Source: Octopus vulgaris (lineage: Eukaryota). From it: DNA of 64,000 nucleotides. A program made the translations under genes and the position numbers. The stretch spans positions 67,208,001 to 67,272,000 of the forward strand of contig OX597830.1 of NCBI GenBank assembly GCA_951406725.2, in the 5' to 3' direction. Below, in pieces: positions 26,647-40,297 of the stretch (positions are counted from its first letter, which is position 1; every line of letters starts with the position of its first letter). Below the pieces are notes generated by a model. It saw only the letters and a program-made list of their open reading frames with translations, was not told the DNA's origin and did no database searches.

Positions 26647-26836
26647 CTGGAGCTCTATTCATTGCCATGTTGCGGAAGTTGCTACCTTTTACCACTTCCA
26701 CCATCAACCGTCCTGTGGTGCCATTATAGGAAAGTCCAAGGAATAGTTCTGGCATCCCTCCATGTTGCATTGACTGACTTGAAGAACCACTCTCACTACG
26801 AGAAAGGCTAGAGACATCATAACGGGAATCTCCATG
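26647..26836 (-). CDS. SYT14: Synaptotagmin-14/16-like exon (C2A-C2B linker and start of C2B)
   Basis: ttccag|CAT...CCAG|gtatgt; HGDSRYDVSSLSRSESGSSSQSMQHGGMPELFLGLSYNGTTGRLMVEVVKGSNFRNMAMNRAP; 190 bp, phase 0 to phase 1. Confidence 0.93.
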
Positions 26837-26889
26837 CTGGAATATATAACAAAACACATAATTAAAAACATACTCACACACACACATAT

Positions 26890-27218
26890 CATCATCATCA
26901 TCATCATCATCATCGTTTAGCGTCCGTTTTCCATGCTAGCATGGGTTGGACGGTTCTACTGGGGTCTGTGAAGCCAGAAGGCTTCATCAGGCCCAGTCAA
27001 ATCTGGCAGTGTTTCTACGGCTGGATGCCCTTCCTAACGCCAACCACTCCGTGAGTGTAGTGGGTGCTTTTTATGTGCCACCCGCACAGGTGCCAGACAG
27101 AGCTGGCAAACAGCCACAAACGGATGGTGCTTTTTATGTGCCACCGGCACGAGGGCCAGGCAAGGCTGGCAATGGACACGAAACGGGGCGGTGCTGGCAA
27201 CGGTCGCGAAACGGAAGG
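26890..27218 (-). mobile_element. RTE 3' UTR fragment with (GAT)n tail
   Basis: Reverse complement of 33100-33423; further copies at 12555-12860, 25880-26240, 27600-27900, 28520-28730, 34405-34745, 34755-35140. Confidence 0.8.
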
Positions 27219-28410
27219 TTGTATATATATGTGTAAGAGAGGTAAAGACCTACGTTGGTCATGAATGATCATAGGATTGCACCTAGAAAGTTCCCTTTCA
27301 AGGCACAAGTCCAAGCAAGGTTGTTTATAGAAGACTGGCAGTCGCCATTGCATACTAACCTTCCTTACCAAGCCACCGATGTTTTCCAAGAGAAAGGCAA
27401 AGGCCGATACAGCTCGGCACCAGTGACATCACAACTCATTTCTACAGCTGAGTGAACTGGCGCAACATGAAATAAAGTGTCTTGCTCAAGAACACAACAC
27501 GCAGCCCGGTCCAGGATTCAGACTCACCACCTCATGATGCTGAGCCCAATTCTCTAACCACTCAGCTATGCAGGATTTTGTGATATGCCATGCTTGAGAA
27601 GGCTCATCAAGCCAAGTGAAATTGTAGTGGTGGCCAATGCTGGTGCCATGTAACTGGCACAGGTGCCAGTGGCACATAAAAGCACCCATGCTGATGGCAC
27701 ATAAAAACACCTGTGCCAGTGGCATGTTAAAAGCACCCATTACACACTTGGAGTGATTGGCATTAGGAAGGGCATCCAGCCATAGAAACCATGCCAAACC
27801 AGACTGGAACCTGGTTCAGCTTTCCGGCTTACCAGTTCCAGTCAAACTGTTTAACCCATGCCAGCATGGAAAGTGGATGCTAAATGATGAGGATGATGAT
27901 TATTATATATTTATATCTATATATACACACATGTAATTAATTAATTATTTGTAGGATTCATTTGAGTGGAGGTGTTTTAGTATTAAGGACACCAAGTCAT
28001 GTATATATCATATATAGACACTCCCGCATATATTCATGCATATACAGACATGTCTAAAGATCAACACTTTCATGTACATGAACACATCAATATACACATA
28101 TAAATATATGTGTATATGAAATTATATACCCAAGCACACTGGCATGCAGTTTCATAATCCAATGGAAGTTTCAGATCCAACATAGGGAAGGTTCTAAGTA
28201 CAATGTTTACATAAAGAAAGAACACAGATGGGTTAAGGTTCACAACAGCTGTTTCAGACGTGTCTATATTGTTGATAATTTGATTACATCATGAAAAGAA
28301 ATGTTTCCTTTAGGTGAATGATAATGTAAAATTTGGTTTGGAGAAAATAGCAAGATGTGGAATGGTTGCTGATCCTCTTTTTTCGGCCCCAATTAAATTT
28401 TAAATTTTAA

Positions 28411-28465
28411 TTCACCTGAAGAAAACAGGTTCCACATGAAGTATATCTGAAACAGCTGTAGTGAA
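28411..28465 (+). ncRNA. Minimal type I hammerhead ribozyme motif (PLE pLTR remnant)
   Basis: TTCAC-CTGAAGA-(weak stem II)-GAAA-CAGCTG-TA-GTGAA: 5-bp stem I, canonical core, palindromic stem III, GUA cleavage triplet. Confidence 0.65.
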
Positions 28466-28484
28466 TTTTAACCCATTTGTGTTC

Positions 28485-28524
<40 letters not shown>

Positions 28525-29290
28525 CACTGCCAGCCTCCTCTGGCACGTAAAAAGCACCCACTACACTCACGGAGTGGTTGGCATTAGGAAGGGCATCCAA
28601 CTGTAGAAAGACTGCCAGATCAAACTGGAGCCTGGTGCAGCCTCCTGGCTTCCCAGACCCCAATCAAACCGTCCAACTCATGCTAGCATGGAAAATGGAC
28701 ATTAAACGATGATGAGGATGATGATGATGATATATGCTATAGACAGACCATAGTTAAGTTCTAGATTCGGTAATATTGCGAATAAAGGGTTCAATGTTGC
28801 TTCTATGTCAGCGTGTGTATATAAGAAATTTTTGCGTAATAAGATAAAAAAAACCAAGGCTGTATAGATGTTAGAGCATTTATAGATAGAAGGTCTTACA
28901 GCTTATATGTATATGTATATATAATACAAAAACAATAAGAAAATCAAGATCTTCATCTCCTTTTCTTTCTTTTTCCATTCCACTTTTTGCATCAACCTCC
29001 TTCAAAATTTTTCAAACCATTTTTTACTCATTTTTTTCTCATAGAAGAGCACCCTGATTTTCAAGTAGGCCTAATGATATGCATTGAGCTTGAAAGATTT
29101 CTTGGAATCCCATGGCATGTTATATAAATCTGCCAAATTATTGTATCTCTCCGCGATGAAACCATTAGCAGCTCTTTCTTTAAAATTCTGTGTATATTAA
29201 ATGATATTTATCTTACATTGGATAGAGTATATTTTTTGGTGATCCTACTTATAATGGAACAGTAAACAATATATATATATATATATATAT

Positions 29291-29337
<47 letters not shown>

Positions 29338-29469
29338 TATGCACACACAGTTTGTGGCCAGAAGTTTGGAACATTTAAAAAAAATTATAATTGTTATGCC
29401 AAAATATAATTCGATTCAAATATATACAACGTAGAGATATACTTACCTAATAACTGATCAAATGGTTCA

Positions 29470-29500
<31 letters not shown>

Positions 29501-30196
29501 TTGTGTACAGTGCTCAGGTGCACTACAACTCATCTAAAGTGTATATATAATCAGGTGTAGTTTCGGCGGATTTCGGAAAGCATGAGGGCCTTAAAGGATA
29601 GAGTGTCATGGCAGTCAACAACTGACGCAGGCAGTTTATTCCATGCTTCAGCAACTCTGAGCGTGAAAAAATGTTTCCGAAAGTCATGGGAGCTGTGATT
29701 CAATATCTTCTAATTGAATCAGTTATTAGGTAAGTAAATCTCTGCTGAGACCCCCTTCAGTCATGACTGACCATGGAATTGCACCTAGGAAGTTACCCTC
29801 CCATGCACAAGTCCGGGCAAGGTTGTTTATGGAAGACCAGTAGTCGCCCATGTAAAGGCACATGGCTCAATGATTAGAGCGTCGAGCTTATGATCGCAAG
29901 GTTGTAAGTTTGAATCCCGGACCGGGCTGCGTGTTGCGTTCTTGTGCAAGACACTTTATTTCACGTTGCTCCAGTTCACTCAGCTGTAGAAATGAGTTGT
30001 GACATCACAGGTTCCAAGCTGTATCGGCCTTTGTCTTTCCCTTGGATAACACTGGTGGCGTGGAGAAGGGAGGCTGGTATGCATGGGCGGCTGCTGGTCT
30101 TCCATAAACAACATTGCCCGGACTTGTGCCTGGGAGGGAAACTTTCTAGCTGCAATCCCGTGGTCATTCATGACCAAAGGGGGTCTCAGCAGCTCA

Positions 30197-30234
<38 letters not shown>

Positions 30235-30411
30235 ATTATTATCATTATTATTATTTTAAACAGTTTGATTCAGTTTCATGCAACTTAAGGTTTCATAGGA
30301 TGCCCATCACTTTTATGACTTGAATTACTAAATGTTGCAACACAGGAAGTCCGAGATGGCTACCGGAAAATAGGCTGCTATTGATCAAGGTGGGTCACCT
30401 TGTGATGTCAG

Positions 30412-30555
30412 AGTAAGGTCAGTTGTTCAGTGACAACACTTCCTTTAGAAAGGGGAATTTATTTGACCATGCAGCTGGACAGGAAGCTGGTGGCATCTAG
30501 GTGTCTGGGTGTGACAGAAGCAAGATTGGTGCATGTGTGTGTATGTATACATGTG

Positions 30556-30586
<31 letters not shown>

Positions 30587-30624
30587 CAAACATATATTTA
30601 TCTACACACGTATATATGTGTGTG

Positions 30625-30675
<51 letters not shown>

Positions 30676-30741
30676 AGTAAAGTAATTAGTAAGAAAATCT
30701 TTATAAGAGATTAAAGTAGTGTGTATATACTGAGAAGTAAT
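30412..30741 (+). repeat. ~330 bp direct repeat, copy 1; copy 2 is 31191-31435 plus 33424-33492, split by the RTE insertion
   Basis: AGTAAGGTCAGTTGTTCAGTGACAACAC... and ...TAAGTAAAGTAATTAGTAAGAAAATC...GAGAAGTAATG each occur twice. Confidence 0.85.
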
Positions 30742-31397
30742 GGTTATTGCCCCTTTAAGAACTGACTTAACTACCACCATTTAACCCCAGGACGATACCT
30801 TCTCCAGCTGGTTATCGATGCAATCTGCACCCAATATATATTGCAAGGAGGGGAACGAACACCTACCATCTTCCAGCAAAGGGACCACCAGGCCATATGG
30901 TTTCAAGCACTTTATGCTTATCCTCAGTGGGGGATACTTATCTGCTAGAGATAGCAGTACTTTGCTCCAGCTCACAATATATAGAAAAATAAAGTGACAA
31001 CCAGCCACTGATCTTGCAACAAGCAATTTACTGCTACCACTTGGGGCTTTTCTGGTCCTTCCATCTTTCCTCTTCTCTTCATCACCCTTGTTTTGTCTGG
31101 CCCTGCACTAATTTCTGTTCCCAGTTTTTCTTTCCCAGAACAAATTCTCCTTCTGGAATTCTCTCCCTGCATTAGCAGCTCTTTAAGATCAGTAAGGTCA
31201 GTTGTTCAGTGACAACACTTCCTTTAGAAAGGGGAATTTATTTGACCATGCAGCTGGACAGGAAGCTGGTGGCATCTAGGTGTCTGGGTGTGACAGAAAC
31301 AAGATTGGTGTATGTGTGTGTATGTATACATGTGATATATATATATATATATATACAAACATATATTTATCTACACATGTATATATGTGTGTGTGTA

Positions 31398-31434
<37 letters not shown>

Positions 31435-31439
<5 letters not shown>

Positions 31440-33423
31440 TACGGAGAGGGTCATAGCCCAACTAATTAGAGAGAGAGTTAGTTTAGATGAGATGCAGTTT
31501 GGGTTTGTGCCATGGTAAAGTACTACTGATGCTATATTCCTGGTAAGGCAGCTGCAGGAGAAATACCTAGCCAAAGATAAGCCCCTGTACCTGGCTTTTG
31601 TTGACATGGAGAAAGCCTTCGACAGGGTCCCCCGATCCCTTATCTGGTGGGCAATGAGGAAACTAGGGATAGATGAATGGTTAGTGAGAGCTGTGCGGGC
31701 CATGTATAGGGACGCCGCTAGTAGGGTGAGGGTTGGAAATGTGTACAGTGAAGAATTCCGGGTAGAGGTAGGAGTCCACCAAGGCTCCGTACTCAGCCCC
31801 CTCCTATTTATCATAGTCCTCCAGGCAATAACGGTGGAATTCAAGACAGGATGCCCTTGGGAGCTCCTCTATGCTGATGACCTTGCTCTAATTGCTGAGT
31901 CGCTATCAGAACTGGAGGAGAAGTTTCAGGTGTGGAAACAAGGATTAGAATCGAAGGGCCTCAGAGTCAATCTAGCTAAAACCAAAGTCGTAATCAGTAG
32001 GAAGGTAGACAAATCACAAACACCTTCAGGTAGATGGCCCTGCTCGATCTGTAGAAAAGGTGTAGGTAGAAACTCTATAAGATGCACCAAGTGTAAGCTA
32101 TGGACACATAAGAGATGCAGCAATGTCAAAGGAAGGCTAACTAGGAAGATGGTTTTTGTATGTGGCAGATGCTCAGGAACAATAAACACTGAAAATGCTC
32201 TGAGACCAACTTCCGTCACTTTCCAGGGAGAAAAACTAGAAATAGTTGATAGTTTCCGTTACCTAGGTGACCAAGTCAGCAGCGGGGGCGGGTGTGCTGA
32301 AAGTGTAACTGCTAGAGTAAGAATAGCTTGGGCAAAGTTCAGAGAGCTCTTACCTCTGCTGGTGACAAAAGGCCTCTCGCACAGAGTGAAAGGCAGACTG
32401 TATGATGCGTGTGTACGAACAGCCATGCTACATGGCAGTGAAACATGGGCCGTGACTGCTGAGGATATGCGTAAGCTCGCTAGAAATGAAGCCAGTATGC
32501 TCCGATGGATGTGTAATGCCGGTACTCACACTCGGCAGAGTGTAAGTACCTTGAGAGAAAAGCTGGACCTAAGAAGCATCAGTTGTGGTGTGCAAGAGAG
32601 ACGTTTGCGCTGGTATGGTCATGTGGCGAGAATGGATGAAGATAGTTGTGTGAAAAAGTGCCACACCCTAGCGGTTGAGGGAACCTGTGGAAGAGGCAGA
32701 CCCAGGAAAACCTGGGACGAGGTGGTGAAGCACGACCTTCGAACTTTAGGTCTCACTGAGGAAATGACTAGAGACCGAGACCTCTGGAAGTGTGCTGTGC
32801 GCGAGAAGACCCGGCAGGACAAGTGAGTCCATAACCCGTGGCCTTCTACATGGGATGGAGCCGGCCTACGTATGCATACCTTCCCTTCTTGGGACACAAA
32901 ACTCTACTTGTGAAGACGTGTTGAGGCAAGTGAGGATCAGAATCGAAATCGATCAATGGAAATTGCGGATGTGCTACCAGTGCCGGTGGCATGTCAAAAC
33001 TCTGCTTGTGAAGACCCGTTGAGGCAAGTGAGGATCAGAATCGAAATCGATCAATGGAAATTGCAGATGTGTTACCAGTGCCGGTGGCATGTAAGAGAAC
33101 TTTCCGTTTCGCGACCGTTGCCAGCACCGCCCTGTTTCGTGTCCGTTGCCAGCCTCGCCTGGCCCTCGTGCCGGTGGCACATAAAAAGCACCATCCGTTC
33201 GTGGCCGTTTGCCAGCTCTGTCTGGCACCAGTGCGGGTGGCACGTAAAAAGCACCCACTACACTCACGGAGTGGTTGGCGTTAGGAAGGGCATCCAGCCG
33301 TAGAAACACTGCCAGATTTGACTGGGCCTGATGAAGCCTTCTGGCTTCACAGACCCCAGTAGAACCGTCCAACCCATGCTAGCATGGAAAACGGACGCTA
33401 AACGATGATGATGATGATGATGA
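31435..33423 (+). mobile_element. 5'-truncated RTE-clade LINE
   Basis: RT ORF followed by a 3' UTR with internal repeats and a (GAT)n tail; possible short TSD ATAAG. Confidence 0.9.
31606..32826 (+). pseudogene. RTE reverse transcriptase (partial) with PHD-like Cys-rich insertion
   Basis: FVDMEKAFDRV, GVHQGSVLSPLLF, YADD, FRYLG; insertion CSICRKGVGRNSIRCTKCKLWTHKRC...CGRC; in-frame stop upstream at 31516-31518. Confidence 0.9.
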
Positions 33424-33507
33424 ATAAGTAAAGTAATTAGTAAGAAAATCTTTATAAGAGATTAAAGTTGTGTGTATATACTGAGAAGTAATGTATATAT
33501 ATATATA

Positions 33508-33842
33508 TATCTGTATTATAACTTTTTTTGTGTTTACAGTGTCTACTACCATGCTATAATATTTACAGCTATACTATCATATCATATATACTATATGTAG
33601 TATATAGCCTTTCCTGTAGGTGTTGACCTCCAAAGGTTCAACAGGAGCATTAATGGCATCAATCTCATCCACCAAAGAGGCCCTGCATATGCCAACGGCA
33701 CTGCCCCTTCTTCCATGCCCAGCAAGTTAACAAACAAAGAAGCCTCCCCACCAACTGTCCCTGATATGATAGTATAGCTGTTAATATTATAGCATGGTAG
33801 TAGACACTGTAAACACAAAAAAAAAGTTATAATACAGATATA
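33508..33842. mobile_element. MITE-like foldback element with ~78 bp inverted termini
   Basis: TATCTGTATTATAACTTTTTTTGTGTTTACAGTGTCTACTACCATGC at the left and its reverse complement at ~33790-33842. Confidence 0.7.
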
Positions 33843-34076
33843 GACATGACAGTGTGTGCATTGAAATTTATTGTATACTTATTGTATAACTTTGGATACT
33901 GTTACGGGAGGACAGCAAAATACATTCCACATTCTAGCATAGCTATCACATTATAATACATCTGTTTCACACATAATACTTCTATGCAGTTTATACAGTG
34001 TCAATAGAATTTATAATACATCTCTACACATTTTATACACTATATACAAATTCTATTCATAAACACACTATGAATG

Positions 34077-34121
<45 letters not shown>

Positions 34122-34370
34122 TTCAGTCAGATGCATGGATATTATATACTTTGCCTCATAGCTAACATGGTTTTGTGTTCAGTAAGTGCAGATACAGCTG
34201 TGTGGATAACAAATTGATACAGTTCTTTTTGCATGTACTCCAAAGAAAATTTTGTATAGTTATATAAAATGTATTTTGAAAGGAGAGACATCTTTAAACT
34301 TTGAGAGATGTGCCTGGAGATTAACATATCATGAAAGAAAGAGACAAAGTTGATAAACATGGAGGCCTGA

Positions 34371-34408
<38 letters not shown>

Positions 34409-36049
34409 TTGCCAGCTCTGTCTGGCCCCATGTCGGTGGCACGTAAAAGCACCATCCGTTCGTGTCTATTGCCAGCATTGCCTGGCCCCGTGCCGGTGAC
34501 ACGTAAAAACACCATCCGTTCGTGGCTGTTCGCCAGCTCTGTCTGGCACCTGTGCAGGTGGCACGTAAAAAACACCCACTACACTCGCGGAGTGGTTGGC
34601 GTTAGGAAGGGCATCCAGCCGTAGAAACACTGCCAAATCTGACTGGGCCTGATGAAGCCTTCCGGCTTCACAGACCCCAGTTAAACCGTCCAACCCATGC
34701 TAGCATGGAAAGCGGACGCTAAATGATGATGATGATGATGATGATATACGCATACCGGTGGCATGTAAAAAGCAACTTTGAATGTGGTCATTGCCAGTTC
34801 AACCTGACAGGCCCCTGTGTCGGTGACACTTAAAAAGCACCACTCGTGTGTGGTCAATGCCAGTGCCACCTGACTGGCTCCCATGCCGTTGGCATGTAAA
34901 AAGCACGATTCATGTGTGACCAATGCCAGTACCGTCTGACTGGTCCTCATGCTGGTGACATGTAAAAAGCACCCACTACATTCTCGGAGTGGTTAGCATT
35001 AGGAACAGCATCCAGCTGTAGAAACTTTGCCAGATCAGACTGGAGCCTGGTGCAGACTTCTGGCTTGCCAGCCCTCAGTTACACCATCCAACCCATACCA
35101 GAATGGAAAGCAGCCATTAAATGACAATGATGATGATGATATATATATATGTATATATACACGTATATATATATGTATGTATGTATACATGTGTATGCAT
35201 ATGTGGTCACAGAACATCACGAAACAGGTACAACAAAAATATACGAAGCATGAGTGCATGGAACATGAACTATTCTTTCAAACAACAAAAGTCACAATTG
35301 GAAAACAAAACAAACAACATAAATAACGACCCTTCATCAGTTGCTGGCTGTTTTTCTAGACTCGTATTTTGAGCATTTAACAACAATATATGCTTTCGAT
35401 AAAACAGTTGCTCCTGCAAAGCAAATTAAATAAAATTTGGGATTTTGCAGAGGGTCAAAATTGGTAACACAAACAGGACAGTGAAAACAAAGGGCTGCTA
35501 AGCCTGAACTATGTTATGGTGGCGAACACATGTGTATATTTGTGTGTGTGTGTGTGTGTGTTTGTATTTATACTCCAACCATCATTTGACAACTGATGTT
35601 GCTGTGTTTACGTCCCTGTAACCTAGCACTTCAGCAAAAGTACTAGGCTTACAAAGAATAATTCCTGGGGTTGATTTGTTCGACTAAAGGCAGTACTCCA
35701 GCATGGCCACAGTCACATAACTGAAACAAGTAAAACTATTAAAAACTATGCCATTTTAATCCTGAGCAACACCAGGTGTCTGCTAGAAATAATTATCAGG
35801 GTTTCAAATTTTCCCACAAGGGCAGCAATTTTGGGGGAGGGTATGAGTTGATTACATTGGCCCCAGTATTCAACTGGTACTTATTTTTATGAACTCTGAA
35901 AGGATGAAAGGTAAAGACGACTTCAGCAGAATTTGAACTTAGGACATAGCGATGGGCAAAATACTGCTAAGCATTTCACCCAGCGTGCTAACGATTCTGC
36001 CGGCTTGTTGCCTTAATAATACTACTATTACTACTACTACTACTACTAC

Positions 36050-36083
<34 letters not shown>

Positions 36084-36411
36084 TTATAATAATAGTAAAG
36101 CAAAGATATAGGCTGTCTTACTTCAGATACCATCTGAAGAGCAAGATGGGTTGGATAGGAAGAACCTGCCACCGAGTGAATACAAGAAATGATGGAAGGA
36201 TGTGATGAGAAAGGTGGGTGTCAGTAACCCAGCTTAATCATTGATGAAAGGAAAAGATAGTTGCTGGGCTTTATAGGCTCCAGGTTCGATCTTTTTGAAC
36301 TTTTATTCGTTTTCTTTCTTTGTTTTCGTTTTATAAAAAAAAAAGTTCTAGTTTAAGGTAAAAATTAATCGTTATATAAAATATTTTTAAAGTAAATTTT
36401 TAACATAATGA

Positions 36412-36830
36412 GCACATGAGTGGCTGTGTGGTAAGTAGCTTGCTTACCAGCCACATGGTTCCGGGTTCAGTCCCACTGCGTGGCACCTTGGGCAAATGTC
36501 CTCTACTATAGCCTTGGGCCGACCAAAGTCTTGTGAGTGGATTTGGTAGACGGAAACTGAAAGAAGCCCGTCGTATATATGTATATATATATATATATAT
36601 GCGTGTGTGTGCTTGTGTGTCTGTGTTTGTCCCCCTAGCATTGCTTGACAACCGATGCTGGTGTGTTTATGTCCCCGTTACTTAGCGGTTCGGCAAAAGA
36701 GACCGATAGAATAAGTACTGGGCTTACAAAAGAATAAGTCCCGGGGTCGAGTTGCTTGATTAAAGGCGATGCTCCAGCATGGCCGCAGTCAAATGAGTGA
36801 AACAAGTAAAATAGTAAAAGAGTAAAGAGT
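36412..36830 (+). mobile_element. SINE family A
   Basis: Same as 769-1172. Confidence 0.85.
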
Positions 36831-37845
36831 ATTCAAACTCATTTAACATTTTTGTATTTGTTTGTCTTGTAATGTCCTTTTCTATGTACGATCAGTTTGA
36901 TCATAGTAAAGATTTTATCTCCAGCATCTGGGCATCTACCATTGACAAAGCCAGGGAAGGCTGAAATCATGTGATCTGGTAGTCACAGCAGTGGCAAGCA
37001 GAGATTTGTCTCTTGCTAATAATGTAAACAAGAGTGCTATTATGCACCGAAAGCCAATGTGAGAGTTTCTCTCACGGCAACTATCGCAGTATTGTGTGTT
37101 CTGACACTACATCCACTTTTAAGTGGGGATAAATATCACCCTCTGGTATCAATACTGATTCTGTCACTAATAATTACTTTTTGCAATAGCATAGATATAC
37201 CACAATAGCATAGATATACCACAATGCATTGTCAGTCACACTGCCAGTTCTGACATCCACCTCTGTCAAAGAGATCAATGATAATTATACGCTTCTTGTA
37301 TCATACAACTTCTTGATGATAGATATTATATCTTAAATACTAAGGAAGCAGGTTTGGTAGAAACGGTAGTGTCATGTTTAATTACTGTATTTAGATCCAC
37401 ATCTTCTAAGTCTAAGTTTAAATACTTCCAGCACCATTTCTGCTAAGTTTTGTCTGCATGTGTGTTTGTATTTATGTTTGTCTATGTGAGTATGTACATA
37501 AGCTTTTCCAATCGGTATGCAAAAAAAGGTTATTGTAGATAATTTAAGATATAAATATATTTGTTATGCATTCAGGGTAGATATGTAGACAGAGAAAAAA
37601 AAAAATAATAATTGAGATTTTGCTGATAAAATTTAGAGAGAACATTGGTTAACACGGTTAATGAAATGAATATCACTAATATACAGAATCAGTTTTAATG
37701 AACTATATACATACATACATACATATAGATATATGATGATGATGATCATCATCATCATCATTTAACGTCCGCTTTCCATACACACATATATATATATATA
37801 TATAATATACATATATACATATATATATATATGTATGTATATATG

Positions 37846-37923
<78 letters not shown>

Positions 37924-38150
37924 CTACAAATACATATGTATATATATTTATGTGCGCATGTGTGCATATACATATACAAGCATACACACACACATGCACA
38001 TTCATGCACGCACACACACACATATATACACATAAAAAATTATAGTTGAGGTCAAATAGGTGCAGAAGACAGATGACTGGTTGCAGACTGCAAATATAGG
38101 TTAATCAGTGGTGTATACTGCAATATTCTTTTGTCCAGATATGAAAAGAG

Positions 38151-38183
<33 letters not shown>

Positions 38184-38433
38184 TACCCACCTATCTGTAA
38201 TATATGTATACTATCCCTATGTATAAATAAATATAATAATATATATATTTATATATACATCAAAATGTGGGTGAAAAAATTGTATATTAATTTAATAACA
38301 TCAATTTAATACCAGTGGTTTAGCACATAAAAAACTGAGATTCAGTAAATATTATTAATACACATATGAGAGAGAATCCACTAAAGTGGATATATATATA
38401 TATATTTATATATACATATATAAATATATATAT

Positions 38434-38757
38434 TAATAATGAAGGGTACATGAGATTAATACCAGCATGCTAAAGTAGCAGTCAAAAATTATTTAAGACC
38501 ACACATTTTCACTAAAACACAAAGGTGAAATCAAGGAAATGACCAAAAATAATCTTAACACCCCATTCAAATGATGAAAAACATTGCCAGTTTGGCTTTT
38601 CAATTTATGATTTTTTTGTCATTTGTACGGGGTCTTAAGGCTATTTTGGCCCATTTCCTTGATTTCACCTTTGTGTTTTAGTGAAAATTTGTAGTCTTGA
38701 ATCATTTCTGACTGCTATTTTAGCATGCTGGTGTTACCTCTAGTACCCTTCATTATC
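38434..38757. repeat. Foldback inverted repeat, ~150 bp imperfect arms
   Basis: TTTTCACTAAAACACAAAGGTGAAATCAAGGAAATG versus CATTTCCTTGATTTCACCTTTGTGTTTTAGTGAAAA. Confidence 0.75.
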
Positions 38758-38876
38758 AATTAATAATTATTTACCTTTCTGGTTTTTTACATATGCGAAG
38801 GCACTGATATTTGTAAACAACATCCTTATATTATATATGTATGTATGTATGTATATATATGTTTATATATACATAC

Positions 38877-38962
<86 letters not shown>

Positions 38963-39595
38963 AGACACACACATAAATATATACATACATATATATACAC
39001 GTACATATGTATATATGATGGGCTTCTTTCAGTTTCCATCTACCAAATCGACTCACAAAGCTTTGGTAGCCTGAGACTATAGTGGAAGACACTTGCTCAA
39101 GGTGCCATGCTGTGGGACTGAACCCAGAACCATGTAGTTGGAAAGCAAACTTCTTACCACACAGCCATGTATAAATGTGTGTGTGTGTGTGTGTGCGTGT
39201 GTGCGTGTGTTGAACTTCTGTGCACTTTGTCTACCAAAATTAATTCCCAAGGTATTGGTTAATTCGTCGTTATGAGGCGATTGTAGAAGACACTTGACTC
39301 AAAGTGCTGCACAGCAGAATTGAACCTGGGGATACATAGTCGCAAAGCAAACTACTTAACCACACAACCATGCTTAATGTATGTATGCATATGCATATAT
39401 GTGTGTATGTGTGTGCATGTGTGTTTGGTGACGCAAACAGGGAAACAGAACTCGAAACATGAGTATATATATAGGTTTTATCATTAATTGACAAAAGCTA
39501 CCAAAGTGACTCATATAATGAGTGTTTGATAATTGCTAATGCGCGAAACTCTGAGCTTGAGTTACTGTAACTTCTGCCAATTCCATATAAATAAA

Positions 39596-39627
<32 letters not shown>

Positions 39628-39629
<2 letters not shown>

Positions 39630-40021
39630 TTTACTTGTTTCAGTCATTTGACTGTGGCCATGCTGGAGCACCGCCTTTAGTCGACCAAATCGACCCCGGG
39701 ATTTATTCTTTGTAAGCCCAGTACTTATTCTATCGGTCTCTTTTTGCCGAACCGCTAAGTGACGGGGACGTAAACACACCAGCATCGGTTGTCAAGCAAT
39801 GCTAGGGGGACAAACACAGACACAGAAACATACATACACATATATATATACATATATACGACAGGCTTCTTTCAGTTTCCGTCTACCAAATCCACTCACA
39901 AGGCATTGGTCGGCCCGGGGCTATAGTAGAAGACACTTGCCCAAGATGCCACGCAGTGGGACTGAACCCGGAACCATGTGGTTGGTTAGCAAGCTACTTA
40001 CCACACAGCCACTCCTGCGCC
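39628..40021 (-). mobile_element. SINE family A (young, full length)
   Basis: Reverse complement of 769-1172. Confidence 0.85.
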
Positions 40022-40111
40022 TATATATATATATATTGGTAAAAATGGTAAGATAACAAAAGAAAGAAAGAGACCTCAATATTATGTAAATAGAGAAAGT
40101 TTATCTGTAAA

Positions 40112-40297
40112 ATAATATGTGACAATTATTTGGTAGCCAAGATAAAACTCTGAGTTTCGGATACCGAGGTGGAAATCCACGCCACCATCTCTTTGGTTTT
40201 TCAGATCGCCAGATAACCGAAGAGATGGTGGTGTGGATTTCCACCTCGGCATCCAAAACTCAGAGTTTTATCTTGGCTACCGAATAATTGTCACATA

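Noticed and set aside
28412-28663. Possible upstream SYT14/16 exon (also 29040-29195, 33591-33818, 34142-34360, 36900-37320)
   Set aside because: No similarity to the C2A domain; 28412-28663 is explained by RTE 3' UTR and hammerhead-bearing repeat, and the others gave no recognisable product
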